From: Patescibacteria group bacterium
GTDB lineage: Bacteria > Patescibacteriota > Minisyncoccia > Phycocordibacterales > UBA9973
Assembly (NCBI GenBank): GCA_028865035.1
Contig: JAGWLB010000002.1
Location: 49,531-113,530 of the forward strand
Direction: 5' to 3'
DNA: 64,000 nucleotides
The notes below the pieces were generated by a model, which saw only the letters and a program-made list of their open reading frames with translations, searched no databases and had not been told where the DNA came from. A program made the translations under genes and the position numbers. How positions within the stretch are numbered: the stretch's first letter is position 1; every line of letters begins with the position of its first letter. Positions 49,018-60,007 of the stretch are shown in pieces.

Positions 49018-49262
49018 TCTTTTCGATTATTGTTATACCATTATAGTTAATTTACTCTAATTATCATCTATTTATTTTTCAAAAAGGTGATACAATATAC
49101 ATATTGCTTAATATTTAATTTAGCAATAAATATATTTGACATTGTATAAAAATATATTTGTAATAATTATCTTGTAATAAATAACAAGATCGGTTCGTCA
49201 TATTAAACATAATGCTCAATCGAAAGCATTTTATTATTAATAAATTAATTTTATTAAGTTTT

Positions 49263-50612
49263 ATGAAAAAAATTTTATTAGCAAGTTCTATAGTTTTAAC
49301 AGTGCTCGGCTTAGTAGCTGCGACAGCTTATGCATCGGCACCTACTATTACAGCAGGAGCAGCTCAAAGTATAACATTACCAACTAGTTCGGTTTCACTT
49401 ACAGGCTCTGCGACAGCACAGGCTCCAGCGACTGCTATCGCAAGTTATGCATGGGTTCTTACTTCAGGTCCAGTTGTAAGTCCAGCTGTAGTAATAACTC
49501 AACCAAATCCTACTACTTCTGCAAATGCCACAGCTACAGGTTTAACAGTTCCTGGTACTTATGTATTTACACTTACTGCTACAGACAATGCAACACCGAC
49601 AGCCTTTAGTGCAACAGCTACTACAACAGTAACTGTAAATCCAGCACCAGTCGTAACTGTAAATGCTGGAGCAAATCAGACTATCACATTACCTACAAAT
49701 AATGTGAACCTATCAGGTTCTGCTACAGCTACAAGTCCTGCAACAATTGCAAGTTATACATGGACACAAGTTTCTGGTCCAGTAACAGCAGTTATAGCTG
49801 CTCCATCAAATTCTTCAACTGCCGTTTCTGGCTTAACAGCTGCTGGTACATATGTGTTCAAGCTTACAGCTACTGATAATACTACTCCAACAGCTCTAAC
49901 TGGTTCTGCTGATGTTACAATCGTTGTAAACTCAAGTACAACAAATCTTCCTGCAGGTTGTCAGCCTGGTGCACTATACAGTTCTACAACAGGTCAACCA
50001 TGTACTACTCAAACTCAAACACATGTTATTAAATCTAAGCTTGAAATTAATAGTAATGGTGACGTAAACCTTACTGGTGAATTGATGTCAAATACTGGCA
50101 CTGTTCTTACTGTGAAAGTTTGGGGTATGATATTTACAATTAATACTGCAAATGTAAATACAATTGGCCAAGTTCAAAATCTCTCTTCATTTGCCGTTGG
50201 AGACCAAGTAAGCGTGAACGGTCAAATTGATACAACTTCATCAACTCCTACTGTTAATGCTCGTTCTATAAGAGATGATATAAATAGTAACAATAATCCG
50301 ACAAGTATTGGTAATATTTTCTCTCGAGAGTTATTAATGAGAGGTATGATGGGTGACGATGTAAAGAAAATTCAAAAACTTCTTGGTTTAAGTGAAGATG
50401 GAGTTTTTGGGCTAAATACAGCAAATAAAGTAAAAGAATGGCAATCAAAAAAAGGTTTACACGTAGATGGTATTTTGGGTAAGCAAAGTCTTGGTGAGAT
50501 GGAAAAAGAGATCGAAACTGAGGGTGGCAACGATAATAGTACAAATAGTTCAGAAAATATGAATATGAATAATTCTAGTACTATTAACCGCAACAATTCA
50601 GGCGACAATTAA
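49263..50612 (+). CDS. secreted protein with two tandem PKD/Ig-like repeats, a Cys-containing LYSSTTGQPC motif and a C-terminal peptidoglycan-binding domain (PG_binding_1)
   Basis: Repeats ...QSITLPTSSVSLTGSATA...IASYAWVLTSGP... occur twice; C-terminal DDVKKIQKLLGL...DGVFGLNTANKVKEWQ. Confidence 0.65.
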   Translation: MKKILLASSIVLTVLGLVAATAYASAPTITAGAAQSITLPTSSVSLTGSATAQAPATAIASYAWVLTSGPVVSPAVVITQPNPTTSANATATGLTVPGTYVFTLTATDNATPTAFSATATTTVTVNPAPVVTVNAGANQTITLPTNNVNLSGSATATSPATIASYTWTQVSGPVTAVIAAPSNSSTAVSGLTAAGTYVFKLTATDNTTPTALTGSADVTIVVNSSTTNLPAGCQPGALYSSTTGQPCTTQTQTHVIKSKLEINSNGDVNLTGELMSNTGTVLTVKVWGMIFTINTANVNTIGQVQNLSSFAVGDQVSVNGQIDTTSSTPTVNARSIRDDINSNNNPTSIGNIFSRELLMRGMMGDDVKKIQKLLGLSEDGVFGLNTANKVKEWQSKKGLHVDGILGKQSLGEMEKEIETEGGNDNSTNSSENMNMNNSSTINRNNSGDN

Positions 50613-50776
50613 TCCATAAATCCTAATATTAAAACAATCAGCCAAGTGGCTGGTTGTTTTAAAATATGGGTATACTTTTATCATATTGAATATATATTTA
50701 TAGTTGATATACTTATCCCTAAGCGTCGAGTTCGCGAATTATTTTATTATTTAAATGAATTTTAATATAAACATAT

Positions 50777-51091
50777 ATGTCTAAAAAAGTAGTCATTATA
50801 ATAGTTTCAGTTATAGTTTTGATTTTGATTGGTGTGTGGTGGCGTTCAAGCAATAAATCAGTTCCCACAACCCAAACACAATCCTCAGATTCTCAGCCTA
50901 CTAACAATCAAACGCAAACAACTATGGGTGATAATAGTGCAGCTACTAGTAATAGCGGTCTCTCAACTTCTAGTTCGAATACTTCAGATGCAGCTCTTAA
51001 TCAGGATTTAAATAGTCTTGATGCACAAATGAATAATTTGAATAACGATAGTGCAAGTGCAGACAATGGATTAAATAATCCAAATCAATAG
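50777..51091 (+). CDS. small membrane-anchored Ser/Thr/Asn/Gln-rich low-complexity protein
   Basis: N-terminal TM helix. Confidence 0.4.
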   Translation: MSKKVVIIIVSVIVLILIGVWWRSSNKSVPTTQTQSSDSQPTNNQTQTTMGDNSAATSNSGLSTSSSNTSDAALNQDLNSLDAQMNNLNNDSASADNGLNNPNQ

Positions 51092-51122
51092 TATCTTTAA
51101 TTTAAAATAATTAACAAATCAT

Positions 51123-51920
51123 ATGAAAAGTAAAAATATATTAAATATAGTTTCCTCAATCACAAGTTCACTCTTATTTATTGGTGTGTCTATGCTACCA
51201 GCGTACACATATGCTGCTGTAACTACTACGCCAACTAAAGCAGAAGTTAATGCGGCTACACGTCTAACAAACATCATTGCTAAAAGCGATGAAGCCATAA
51301 ATGCTAGAATTGCTTCACTTAATAAAATTGATGAAAAAGTTCAACAGATGGCCCATGTTTCTTCTGCCGAGAAATTAAATATTTCAAATGAAATACAAAC
51401 AAATATTACTGGATTATCTGAACTAAAATCAAAAATTGATTCAGATACAGATGCAAAGACTGCCCACACAGACAGTAGTTCTATATATGGTAAATTCCGT
51501 ATATATGCTCTCATTATTCCACAAGGGTATATAGAAGCTTCTGCAGATAGAATAGATACAATAGTCGGTATGCTGACAACCATTAGCACGAAATTGCAAT
51601 CACGCATAAATTCAGATCAATCAGAAGGCAAAAATGTTACAGCTTTGCAAAATTCTTTGAATGATATTAATACAAAAATAGCTGATGCAAAAACTCAATC
51701 AGCAGCAGCACTAAATAGAGTTGCAAATTTATCTCCAGATGGTGGTGATAAAACCTTACTTGCTTCAAATACTGCATCGCTTAAAGCTTCTAGAGCGGAT
51801 ATTAAATTAGCAGTTCAAGATTTTAAAGCTATAAGAACAGATGTTAAAACAATAATACAAGGTTTGAAATCTGATGAGTCCAATAAATCAAATAATGATG
51901 CTGTGACAGGAAATCATTAA
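51123..51920 (+). CDS. secreted alpha-helical hypothetical protein (265 aa)
   Basis: Signal peptide; terminator at 51936-51969. Confidence 0.45.
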   Translation: MKSKNILNIVSSITSSLLFIGVSMLPAYTYAAVTTTPTKAEVNAATRLTNIIAKSDEAINARIASLNKIDEKVQQMAHVSSAEKLNISNEIQTNITGLSELKSKIDSDTDAKTAHTDSSSIYGKFRIYALIIPQGYIEASADRIDTIVGMLTTISTKLQSRINSDQSEGKNVTALQNSLNDINTKIADAKTQSAAALNRVANLSPDGGDKTLLASNTASLKASRADIKLAVQDFKAIRTDVKTIIQGLKSDESNKSNNDAVTGNH

Positions 51921-52083
51921 ATTGTGAAATATACAAAAAGCCTATCGTTATATACGATAGGTTTTTTTTGTAAATATTAGAATAAATTCTCAAATTATTA
52001 GGTATTTTTATAAAATTATACTAGTATTTATAAAAAAGCAATTTTGCAAATAGTCATTTAAAATTAAAAATAGGAGGTATATT

Positions 52084-53493
52084 ATGAGAAAAATAATTCA
52101 AGGAGGAATGGGTATTTATATTGCAACCCCTGGTCTCACAAAGGCTTCGTCAATTAATGATGATGCTTTAGGTACATTGTCCTGCACTGCCGCAGAGCGT
52201 ATAGTGCCACATATTCTTCAGATGGGTGACCCTAACGAAGATATACGTAGAGCTTTTAGTTATTTCCCTTTTCAGGAAGTTACTGATGGGATCCTTAAAA
52301 AATATTTTATCAAAGGTGGAAAACCCCCAAATAAAAATTTTAAAAGAGTACCAGCTTTCAGTATGTACCCTCGAGCGGATTTAATAAAGCTCACAGTTGC
52401 TTCTAGTTTCGCTCTTACTTGGCTTGCTAAAGAAGGGCATAGTAACCCGATTAGTGTGAATTATCTAGAGAAGATTCAGATTCCGCACATCTACCATATC
52501 ACTGGAATGATGTTAGCTGGTGCTGACTTCATAACTATGGGGGCAGGGATTACTCGTCAAATACCGTCAGTTCTAGATGCTATTGCATCAGGTGGTACCC
52601 CTAGCTACCGAGTACTAGTAGAAGGGAGTAAAGAGGGAACTAAGACTATTAGTTTTAACCCACGCTCATTTTTTGGTGGAGAATTCCCAAAAGATTTAAA
52701 ACGTCCCGACTTTTTACCCATCATATCATTAGATAGGTTAGCTTCAATTATGGTTGCAAAGTTACCAGCGAATAGTATTCAGGGCTTTGTGATTGAACTA
52801 CCGACTGCCGGTGGGCACAATGCCCCACCACGACAAAAAGGTATTTTCGATAATAAGGGTCAGCCAATTTACGGAAAGGAAGATGAAGTTAACTTTAGTA
52901 ATCTTCAGGATTTAGGTATACCATTTTGGATTGCAGGTTCATATGCTTCACCACAGGGTTTGATTAAGGCTCAATCACTCGGTGCTGTAGGTATCCAAGC
53001 CGGTTCAATTTTTGCACTTTCTGATGATTCTGGTATGGATCCAGTTTACCGAAAAGAAATCAGAAGACTTGGGTATAGGAACGAATTAATCATAAGAACT
53101 GATCCAAATGCTTCGCCTACTGGTTTTCCATTTAAAGTCATACAATTACCTGGTACACAATCTGAAGAGAATGTATACAATAATCGTAAAAGAATTTGCG
53201 ACCGTTCTGCACTTATCGTGCCTTACCAGCAAGAAAATGGCAAAGTTGGTTTCCGCTGTGCTAGTGAACCAGTGGAAGATTATAAGAGTAAAGGAGGTAA
53301 GATAGAAGATACGATAGGCGCAAGATGTCTATGTAATGGACTGTTTAGTGCCTCAGGAATTGGTAATCCAAATGAAAAGCCAATTTTCACTATGGGTGAT
53401 GACGTGAGTTTCCTTCGTTATCTTATGAAAGATGAGAACGATTCCTACAATGCTTCAGATGCGATAAAGTATTTGTTAGGTACAAAAATGTAG
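52084..53493 (+). CDS. FMN-dependent NMO/FabK-family oxidoreductase (nitronate monooxygenase / PfaD-like enoyl reductase fold)
   Basis: IQGGMG motif and TIM-barrel pattern; the only gene in the window with a perfect AGGAGGT Shine-Dalgarno 8 nt before the ATG. Confidence 0.55.
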   Translation: MRKIIQGGMGIYIATPGLTKASSINDDALGTLSCTAAERIVPHILQMGDPNEDIRRAFSYFPFQEVTDGILKKYFIKGGKPPNKNFKRVPAFSMYPRADLIKLTVASSFALTWLAKEGHSNPISVNYLEKIQIPHIYHITGMMLAGADFITMGAGITRQIPSVLDAIASGGTPSYRVLVEGSKEGTKTISFNPRSFFGGEFPKDLKRPDFLPIISLDRLASIMVAKLPANSIQGFVIELPTAGGHNAPPRQKGIFDNKGQPIYGKEDEVNFSNLQDLGIPFWIAGSYASPQGLIKAQSLGAVGIQAGSIFALSDDSGMDPVYRKEIRRLGYRNELIIRTDPNASPTGFPFKVIQLPGTQSEENVYNNRKRICDRSALIVPYQQENGKVGFRCASEPVEDYKSKGGKIEDTIGARCLCNGLFSASGIGNPNEKPIFTMGDDVSFLRYLMKDENDSYNASDAIKYLLGTKM

Positions 53494-53513
53494 TTTAATT
53501 AAATTTTTAAAAA

Positions 53514-53547
53514 GCAAAACACTCCGAATGTTTCGGAGTGTTTTTTA
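53514..53547. terminator. bidirectional intrinsic terminator
   Basis: AAAACACTCCGAA...TTCGGAGTGTTTTTT. Confidence 0.6.
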
Positions 53548-53556
53548 ATTATTATT

Positions 53557-54540
53557 TTATTTAGTGTTTGGGTTTAAGATGGCACCGGTCATAGGTATAA
53601 AGTATACGCCTACATCTTTCTTTGAGTGGACACGACCGTCCTTGTCTTTGGTGTAGATGTATAACACCTGACCTCTCTTAAATGGTTGTCCGACTGGTAT
53701 AACCATAGTCCCGTTTGGTTTTAGCTGATCAATAAGAGCTGGTGGTACATATTTTGCTGCCGCTGTAACAATGATAATATCGAAACCACCTTTGACTTCA
53801 GGCCAACCATAGAAGCCATCACCAACACGAGCTTGAATATTGTTATAACCTAGAGGTTTATAAATCTGATCGACTGCTTGACCTAAAGGTTTAATAATTT
53901 CAATAGTATATACTTGTTTTACTATACGTGAAAGAATAGCACTTTGGTAACCACTACCAGTACCTATTTCAAGTACTACATCGTCTGGTTTTGGTTTAGC
54001 TATCTGAGTCATATACATTTGTCCAAGGTAATCAGACAAAGCAGATCCCCAGCCAATTGGCCAAGGCTTTACTTTTGAAGCTGGGTTTTCATAAGTAACA
54101 TCAGCAAATGATCGGTTCTCTTGGTATTGATATTGGAAATATTCACGAGGGACTTCATTGAAAGCTTTTTCAACTGCAGGATCAGCAGTTCCAAACTTTT
54201 GCTTTAAATAAGTATCTACAATGTCATTTGCAATTGATTTCCTTTTTTGTATTTCATCAAATATATTCTGATCAATCCCTGGGTTTCTACCACTTTCAGT
54301 CATAAGACTCTGGTAACGATCAAAGGTCCAGCTTGGTGATGAAGCATCAACGGCTACAGATGAACCTTCCACCTGAGAACCTGGCGTAGAGCTTGTTGTA
54401 TTTGCTGATACGGCACTAGTATTATCGGCAGTATTTTTCTGGTTATTTACTTTGGACTTTGATTTATAAGCTATTAAAACTATTATTAAGAAAACTACTA
54501 TTATTAGTAAAGCAAGAACCTTTGATTTTTTATATTTCAT
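53557..54540 (-). CDS. pcm: protein-L-isoaspartate O-methyltransferase with an N-terminal TM anchor and a Ser-rich linker
   Basis: Motif VLEIGTGSGYQSAIL and the PIMT pattern. Confidence 0.75.
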   Translation of the reverse strand: MKYKKSKVLALLIIVVFLIIVLIAYKSKSKVNNQKNTADNTSAVSANTTSSTPGSQVEGSSVAVDASSPSWTFDRYQSLMTESGRNPGIDQNIFDEIQKRKSIANDIVDTYLKQKFGTADPAVEKAFNEVPREYFQYQYQENRSFADVTYENPASKVKPWPIGWGSALSDYLGQMYMTQIAKPKPDDVVLEIGTGSGYQSAILSRIVKQVYTIEIIKPLGQAVDQIYKPLGYNNIQARVGDGFYGWPEVKGGFDIIIVTAAAKYVPPALIDQLKPNGTMVIPVGQPFKRGQVLYIYTKDKDGRVHSKKDVGVYFIPMTGAILNPNTK

Positions 54541-54541
54541 A

Positions 54542-57013
54542 TTAATTTTTTGTGATTTCGGGATAAGTTATAAAGACAATTATATAGAAAATAATTGATA
54601 ATGCAAGTATACTCTTATAACCCAAGGAAAGTATTATAATACTAGCGAGGGGAGTTGCAATAACAGAGAATGATCCGTTAATACTCCAAGCCCAAGGTAA
54701 AAGATATTCTCTTTCTCCTCTAAACAGTGAAAGACCTAGGGAAAACGGGAAACCCAGTGCAACTGAAAGTGGTGCAATCATAACAACAAGGAATAAATAC
54801 TTTAAGAAAATTGACACAGACATTAAACTCAATAGTATCGGATCTAAGAAAAAGTACATAGCTATAACCCAGATCAGTATTACAGAACATACTAATAGTA
54901 ATCCACGACGTGGCTTGTCTAAATATTTTTCTGACATAAAACTTCCTATACCTGAGAATATAAGCATTGTTGCAATTACTGCTGCGAATCCATACATACT
55001 ATCGCTTAGTAAGAATGATGCTTTTCCTATAAGATAGATTTCAATAAAAAAGAATCCTAAACCTAAACCAGAGAAATACAAAATAGGTTTTATTATGTCT
55101 TTAGCTTTTGGTAAATACTTGCGCCAACGAATCAATGGAAGAAGTAATATGATTATTGCTATGATTATTGATTGCACCAGAACAGCCAGGTTTACCAATG
55201 ATCCCATATTCTTCTCAGGTACGAGCTCAATATTATTCAATATACTTTTTAGTTTAGATATACGTAATATTGAATAGAAATCAGGTTGATCAAATGTTAA
55301 TGGTTTAATTCTAAAAAAATTATTCTTCAGAAATTCGGTATGTTGATTTGAGAATAATTTTAAAATATCATCTCTTAACGAATCTGATACCCCGTCATTA
55401 TTGGTAACAGTATTATTGCTTGGTTCAAAAGATATTGCTGGTAAGTCATTCCAAACATTAATATTTTTATTTATACCATTAAAATATGATATATCGAATG
55501 AGCGTTTATTTGTGAACTCACTTAACTTCTGTATATCACTTTTTGTAAATACAGACGGAGAAACTAAGATACGATCATTCCAGCTTGAGCGATATACTAA
55601 CACATGATCTTGTGGCGAACTGATACCCATAGATTCGAGCGTTTGATATATAGTTTCAATTATTTTTAATGAATATGCAGTTGAATCACGAATAGAATCT
55701 GGTATAGATAGTACACCATCATTTTTAAGCATATTCATATAACCGTGAATAGCTTCAGATGTAAATGCATATTTATTGGAATCAGATTGATCTAAGAAAT
55801 TAGAAGCGATATCTATAATATCAAATTTGTTTTTATTTCCAGATTCTATAGATAGAGGAGTAGTTTCTAATAGTTTTATTTGGGGGTTAGTTAATATGCT
55901 TGATACAGAATTATTGTTTTTTACTAAAGAATATATTACTGGGTCAGGCTCTAAGGCGGTCAAAGAGTTTACTCCGAGTTGATCTGCTCTTAAAATATTA
56001 AAACCACCTTGAGTTCCTACAAGTAATACAGAAGCTTTTGGTTTAAGATAATAAGGGAATACTCCTAACGTAGCTGGAATATAAGTACCGCTATAATTTT
56101 CATCTTTAGGAATAGATGCGATACGATCACCGTCTTTATATAATCCATATGTAATTGGTGGCTCAGTTGCATTAATTAACTTTGCGTTGTTAGAAAAATC
56201 TACATTAAGACGCTCGGTAAAATTATCTAATATAAGGAAATATCCTCGAGGTGAAAGGATTTCTTTTTTGACTTTATTGCCTTGCACATGCATAGATGCA
56301 AAAATAGCCTTGTACTCATTAAAATCAGCTTGGTTATATTTAACAATAGATACCTCACATACTATTGTTAGCAAAATAAATATCACTAAAAATATGCCAC
56401 GTTTCATCCTAAATGGCGAAGATTGGAAGATAACAGCAATAATAAGTAATGGTAATAATATTGTTAAAAGTAAGAAAGGATGAATCCAGAACATTACGAC
56501 TAATATGAATAATGTTCCTACGCCAGCACCAACAAGATCAGCTGCGTACACACGGGGTATGGATTTAAGTCCAAACATAAAGTACAAACCTATGTACAAT
56601 CCAGTAGTAAAAAAGAAGGGGAAGAGAGCCCCGTAATATTTCCATATGTTAATAAGTTGTGCTAGCCAAGTGTTAGGATCTTGAAATTCTAGAGGATTGA
56701 AAGGAATAATTGTAATGGCCAAGTAGCCTAGAGTAGCAGTAACTAAAAGTATTAAAGGTATTATAGAAAGTAATTGTTTTGTATGCTTTTCAAAAAAATT
56801 TTTAAATATACTTAGTATTACACCACTAACAGCAAATCCGACCATAGTAATAGAAATAACCCAGTAACTATATTGTGACCAGCTTGTAATACTAAAATAA
56901 CGAGTTAAGGTCATCTCAAAACCAACAGCTACGGCTGAAATAATAAAAATTGGAACTAATGATATTCTCTCTAATGCATTGCCGTTAGGCTTTTTAAAAA
57001 TAAATTTAAACAT
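54542..57013 (-). CDS. large polytopic membrane protein with a central spermidine-synthase-like (class I MTase fold) domain
   Basis: The N- and C-terminal regions each carry multiple TM helices; central VLLVGTQGG resembles the SpeE GGGDGG site. Confidence 0.4.
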   Translation of the reverse strand: MFKFIFKKPNGNALERISLVPIFIISAVAVGFEMTLTRYFSITSWSQYSYWVISITMVGFAVSGVILSIFKNFFEKHTKQLLSIIPLILLVTATLGYLAITIIPFNPLEFQDPNTWLAQLINIWKYYGALFPFFFTTGLYIGLYFMFGLKSIPRVYAADLVGAGVGTLFILVVMFWIHPFLLLTILLPLLIIAVIFQSSPFRMKRGIFLVIFILLTIVCEVSIVKYNQADFNEYKAIFASMHVQGNKVKKEILSPRGYFLILDNFTERLNVDFSNNAKLINATEPPITYGLYKDGDRIASIPKDENYSGTYIPATLGVFPYYLKPKASVLLVGTQGGFNILRADQLGVNSLTALEPDPVIYSLVKNNNSVSSILTNPQIKLLETTPLSIESGNKNKFDIIDIASNFLDQSDSNKYAFTSEAIHGYMNMLKNDGVLSIPDSIRDSTAYSLKIIETIYQTLESMGISSPQDHVLVYRSSWNDRILVSPSVFTKSDIQKLSEFTNKRSFDISYFNGINKNINVWNDLPAISFEPSNNTVTNNDGVSDSLRDDILKLFSNQHTEFLKNNFFRIKPLTFDQPDFYSILRISKLKSILNNIELVPEKNMGSLVNLAVLVQSIIIAIIILLLPLIRWRKYLPKAKDIIKPILYFSGLGLGFFFIEIYLIGKASFLLSDSMYGFAAVIATMLIFSGIGSFMSEKYLDKPRRGLLLVCSVILIWVIAMYFFLDPILLSLMSVSIFLKYLFLVVMIAPLSVALGFPFSLGLSLFRGEREYLLPWAWSINGSFSVIATPLASIIILSLGYKSILALSIIFYIIVFITYPEITKN

Positions 57014-57187
57014 AAATAAGCTAGATTATATCATTAAATTGTTTAAATGCTAATGTGTTCATTTTCGGTATTCTTATAATCTTATAGTTTATTGTTTTAC
57101 TATCCTACACTAATTACAATAAATTAACCATAATATGTTTATGGTTAATTTATTGTAAAAATATTCAATTATAATAAGATATAAAAT

Positions 57188-58396
57188 CTAATTAAAAATC
57201 TTATACCGTGTATAATACCCCACAACTCCATCTGGTGAAAGTCCATAGTTTTGTTGAAAGGTAATAACTGCACTCCTTGTTTGGTAATCAAAATAGGCAT
57301 TAAGATTACTACTGCTAAGATAACCCAAGTTGTATAAGTAAGATTGTAAACAATATACATCGTCGCCAGTCATTCCTAAATATAAATTAGTTGAGAACCT
57401 GCATGATGGTTTTTGATTTGTGTTGTTATATGAGTATTGAGTGTTTATATTTTGAGTATATACAGGACTATAACCAGTAACAGTGATATAAATAGTATTA
57501 CAATTATTTGTATTTGTCTGACAAAGTGAAATACTAGTCGATCCAGCTGAATTAGCAGATATCAATGCAGACGTATTGTTGCTTGTATACATTGAACAAG
57601 GTTGTCCTGTTGTTACACTATATAGCGATGTCAAAGTACATCCAGGAACTAAATTTGATATCTGAACTGAAGCTATATTAGGATTTGAATTAGTAGATAC
57701 ATACAATCCTTGGTTGTTAGAAGTAGAAATAGTGGCAGAACTTCCTATGGGAATGATAAGTGTTGAAAGATTAAGATTTTGATTATTATAAGAATAATAA
57801 TAATTACTACCACTAACTGTAACATAAACGGTTCCGCAGTAATTCATTGAACCACTCTGACAAATTGTAATAGATGAACTTCCTGTGCTATTTGCATAAA
57901 AAGTAATAACATTACCATTAATCGATGGTGTAACTACATTCGGATTAGAATTTGTTGATACATAAAGAGAACCGACGGTAGTATTATATACAGTAATAGT
58001 AGAAGTTTGGCCTACATAAAGTGAAAGATTACTTTGGCTAAGCGAAAGATTGTTGTACGAATAATAAGGCCATAATACAGATGCGGACTGTTGACCATTA
58101 ACTATGACATAAACAGAAGTACCAGTTGTTATACCGTAATCACCAGTGTTCAAAGTTCCTGAATAGTAACCATTATAGTTTGTACTTCCTATAAATCTAT
58201 TTTGCATGCCATAACTCAGATTATAGTAAAGAGTTATAGTAGAATTTGGATCACCATTAACTGTAATGTAAATAGTATTAGTGTTACCAGTATTAGAAAG
58301 TGATAGTGTAGGTGTCATTGCGTAAGTATAATGAGCAAACAACAAAACAGTTAGAGCAATAACATTCACTATAAAAATTTTTAAATAATTTTTCAT
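57188..58396 (-). CDS. secreted Ig-like repeat protein with an LYSVTTGQPC motif and a C-terminal peptidoglycan-binding domain
   Basis: C-terminal GDDVYCLQSYLYNLGYL...DGVVGYYTRYKI; paralog of the 49263 and 60557 proteins. Confidence 0.6.
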   Translation of the reverse strand: MKNYLKIFIVNVIALTVLLFAHYTYAMTPTLSLSNTGNTNTIYITVNGDPNSTITLYYNLSYGMQNRFIGSTNYNGYYSGTLNTGDYGITTGTSVYVIVNGQQSASVLWPYYSYNNLSLSQSNLSLYVGQTSTITVYNTTVGSLYVSTNSNPNVVTPSINGNVITFYANSTGSSSITICQSGSMNYCGTVYVTVSGSNYYYSYNNQNLNLSTLIIPIGSSATISTSNNQGLYVSTNSNPNIASVQISNLVPGCTLTSLYSVTTGQPCSMYTSNNTSALISANSAGSTSISLCQTNTNNCNTIYITVTGYSPVYTQNINTQYSYNNTNQKPSCRFSTNLYLGMTGDDVYCLQSYLYNLGYLSSSNLNAYFDYQTRSAVITFQQNYGLSPDGVVGYYTRYKIFN

Positions 58397-58714
58397 ATAA
58401 TAGTATTTATTAATTTCTCTAATAAAATCGACTTTTATTTATAATATACTGTCACAAAATAGAAATGAGCTTCATGCTGCCTAACACGTATATTATAAAA
58501 CTATAGTCAAATAAAGTCATCTGTTATTGATATATCATAGGATATTTTTTGATTTATTAAAATGTTCATATTTATATTGATATATTTTACACATAATAGG
58601 TAATATAAAATTTTTTATCCATAATATTGACAACATAATTGTTGCCACAGATATAGAGGTATGCTAAAAGAAAAATTCCTATTAATAGGAATTTTTCTTT
58701 TAGCATACCTTGTA

Positions 58715-59263
58715 TTATTCTTGGATCAGGATTGTTGCTACATTTTGAGATGCATCACAATCAACTAGAAGAGTCTTTGATTTTAAGTAAACATCAGGTA
58801 GAACTATAATCTTAAATCCATATGGTTTAATAGTATAGTTGGTACCAATTTTAACTGTACGAGTTTCCGCTGATCGGTTGTCGATCATAATACCAGTGTT
58901 ATCTTTATAAGTCACTGTATTAGGACTAGCTTGACACATGTTATCTAACTGAATTCTTCTGTCTGCATATTTAGCTAATGCATTAGTATAAGATATGGAA
59001 ACAGCTCCTATACCAGTAGTCTGACTGGTGTCTTGTACTGATTCAACCTTATTTGCAGTTTGAGTATTATCAGTAGTACTAGTAGTGTTAGTATTTTCTG
59101 TTACTGGAGCAACTGCGTTTTTATTTCTAAAAACAAAGAATAGAATACCTGCAGCTACTATTATAATAACGACCCACATTAATATGTTTGAATTATTTTT
59201 ATTCATAAATTTATTTATTGTTGTTAAGAATATCTTATCCGTATAATTGACGGACGAGTTCAA
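58715..59263 (-). CDS. hypothetical membrane-anchored protein (182 aa)
   Basis: N-terminal TM helix; large palindromic terminator at 58648-58705. Confidence 0.4.
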   Translation of the reverse strand: MNSSVNYTDKIFLTTINKFMNKNNSNILMWVVIIIVAAGILFFVFRNKNAVAPVTENTNTTSTTDNTQTANKVESVQDTSQTTGIGAVSISYTNALAKYADRRIQLDNMCQASPNTVTYKDNTGIMIDNRSAETRTVKIGTNYTIKPYGFKIIVLPDVYLKSKTLLVDCDASQNVATILIQE

Positions 59264-59394
59264 TTACAGATAAAACAAACTTTCCGAGTACGACTATACC
59301 TCAGAAAATTCACTATATTAATTATAGCCTTGTTTGACTTTAATAGCTATTACTCTAAAATGTGACAAATGTGTTGATTTCTATAGGTATTTAT

Positions 59395-60006
59395 CTACAC
59401 GTTGTTTTTTAATTTAGCGATAATTTTTTTCCAAAAAAGAGATACCCCTAGTACTATTAATAAGAATATAAGCAAACTGAAATTTCCAATTAGGCTATTG
59501 ATTGCTTGCCAGCTGTCTCCAAATATATACCCAAGCATACCGTAGAACATAACGCTAGCTATAGTTCCTAATATTTCAAATGTTAAATATTTTTTGTAGA
59601 CTGTTTTACCAAAACCACAAATAAAATTAATAGTAAGAGTAGAAACAACTTCAAAGCGGCTCACTAATACTAGAGCCCCTGGGTGTTTTACTATGCCTCT
59701 TTCTATTAAAGCAAAATTTTTTGAAATTAATATTCTATTTATGAAACCAATACGAGAAAGAACTTTTCTACCATAAAATCTAGCTAACCAATATGATGTA
59801 TTATCTCCAAGTATGTTTGCTAAAATTACAACAATTAAAACTTTAGTGATACTAAAATATCCTTGGCTTGAAAAAGCAGCAGAAGCTATAAGCAACGTTC
59901 CAGATGGTATTGGTATTGCTAATGCTGCAATAAAAGTAATAATAAATAGTGCTAAATATTTATATATTAATATGTACGGTAAAATAGCCTGTACTAAAAA
60001 ATTCAT
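59395..60006 (-). CDS. DedA family membrane protein
   Basis: VTT-domain pattern. Confidence 0.6.
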   Translation of the reverse strand: MNFLVQAILPYILIYKYLALFIITFIAALAIPIPSGTLLIASAAFSSQGYFSITKVLIVVILANILGDNTSYWLARFYGRKVLSRIGFINRILISKNFALIERGIVKHPGALVLVSRFEVVSTLTINFICGFGKTVYKKYLTFEILGTIASVMFYGMLGYIFGDSWQAINSLIGNFSLLIFLLIVLGVSLFWKKIIAKLKNNV

Positions 60007-60007
60007 A

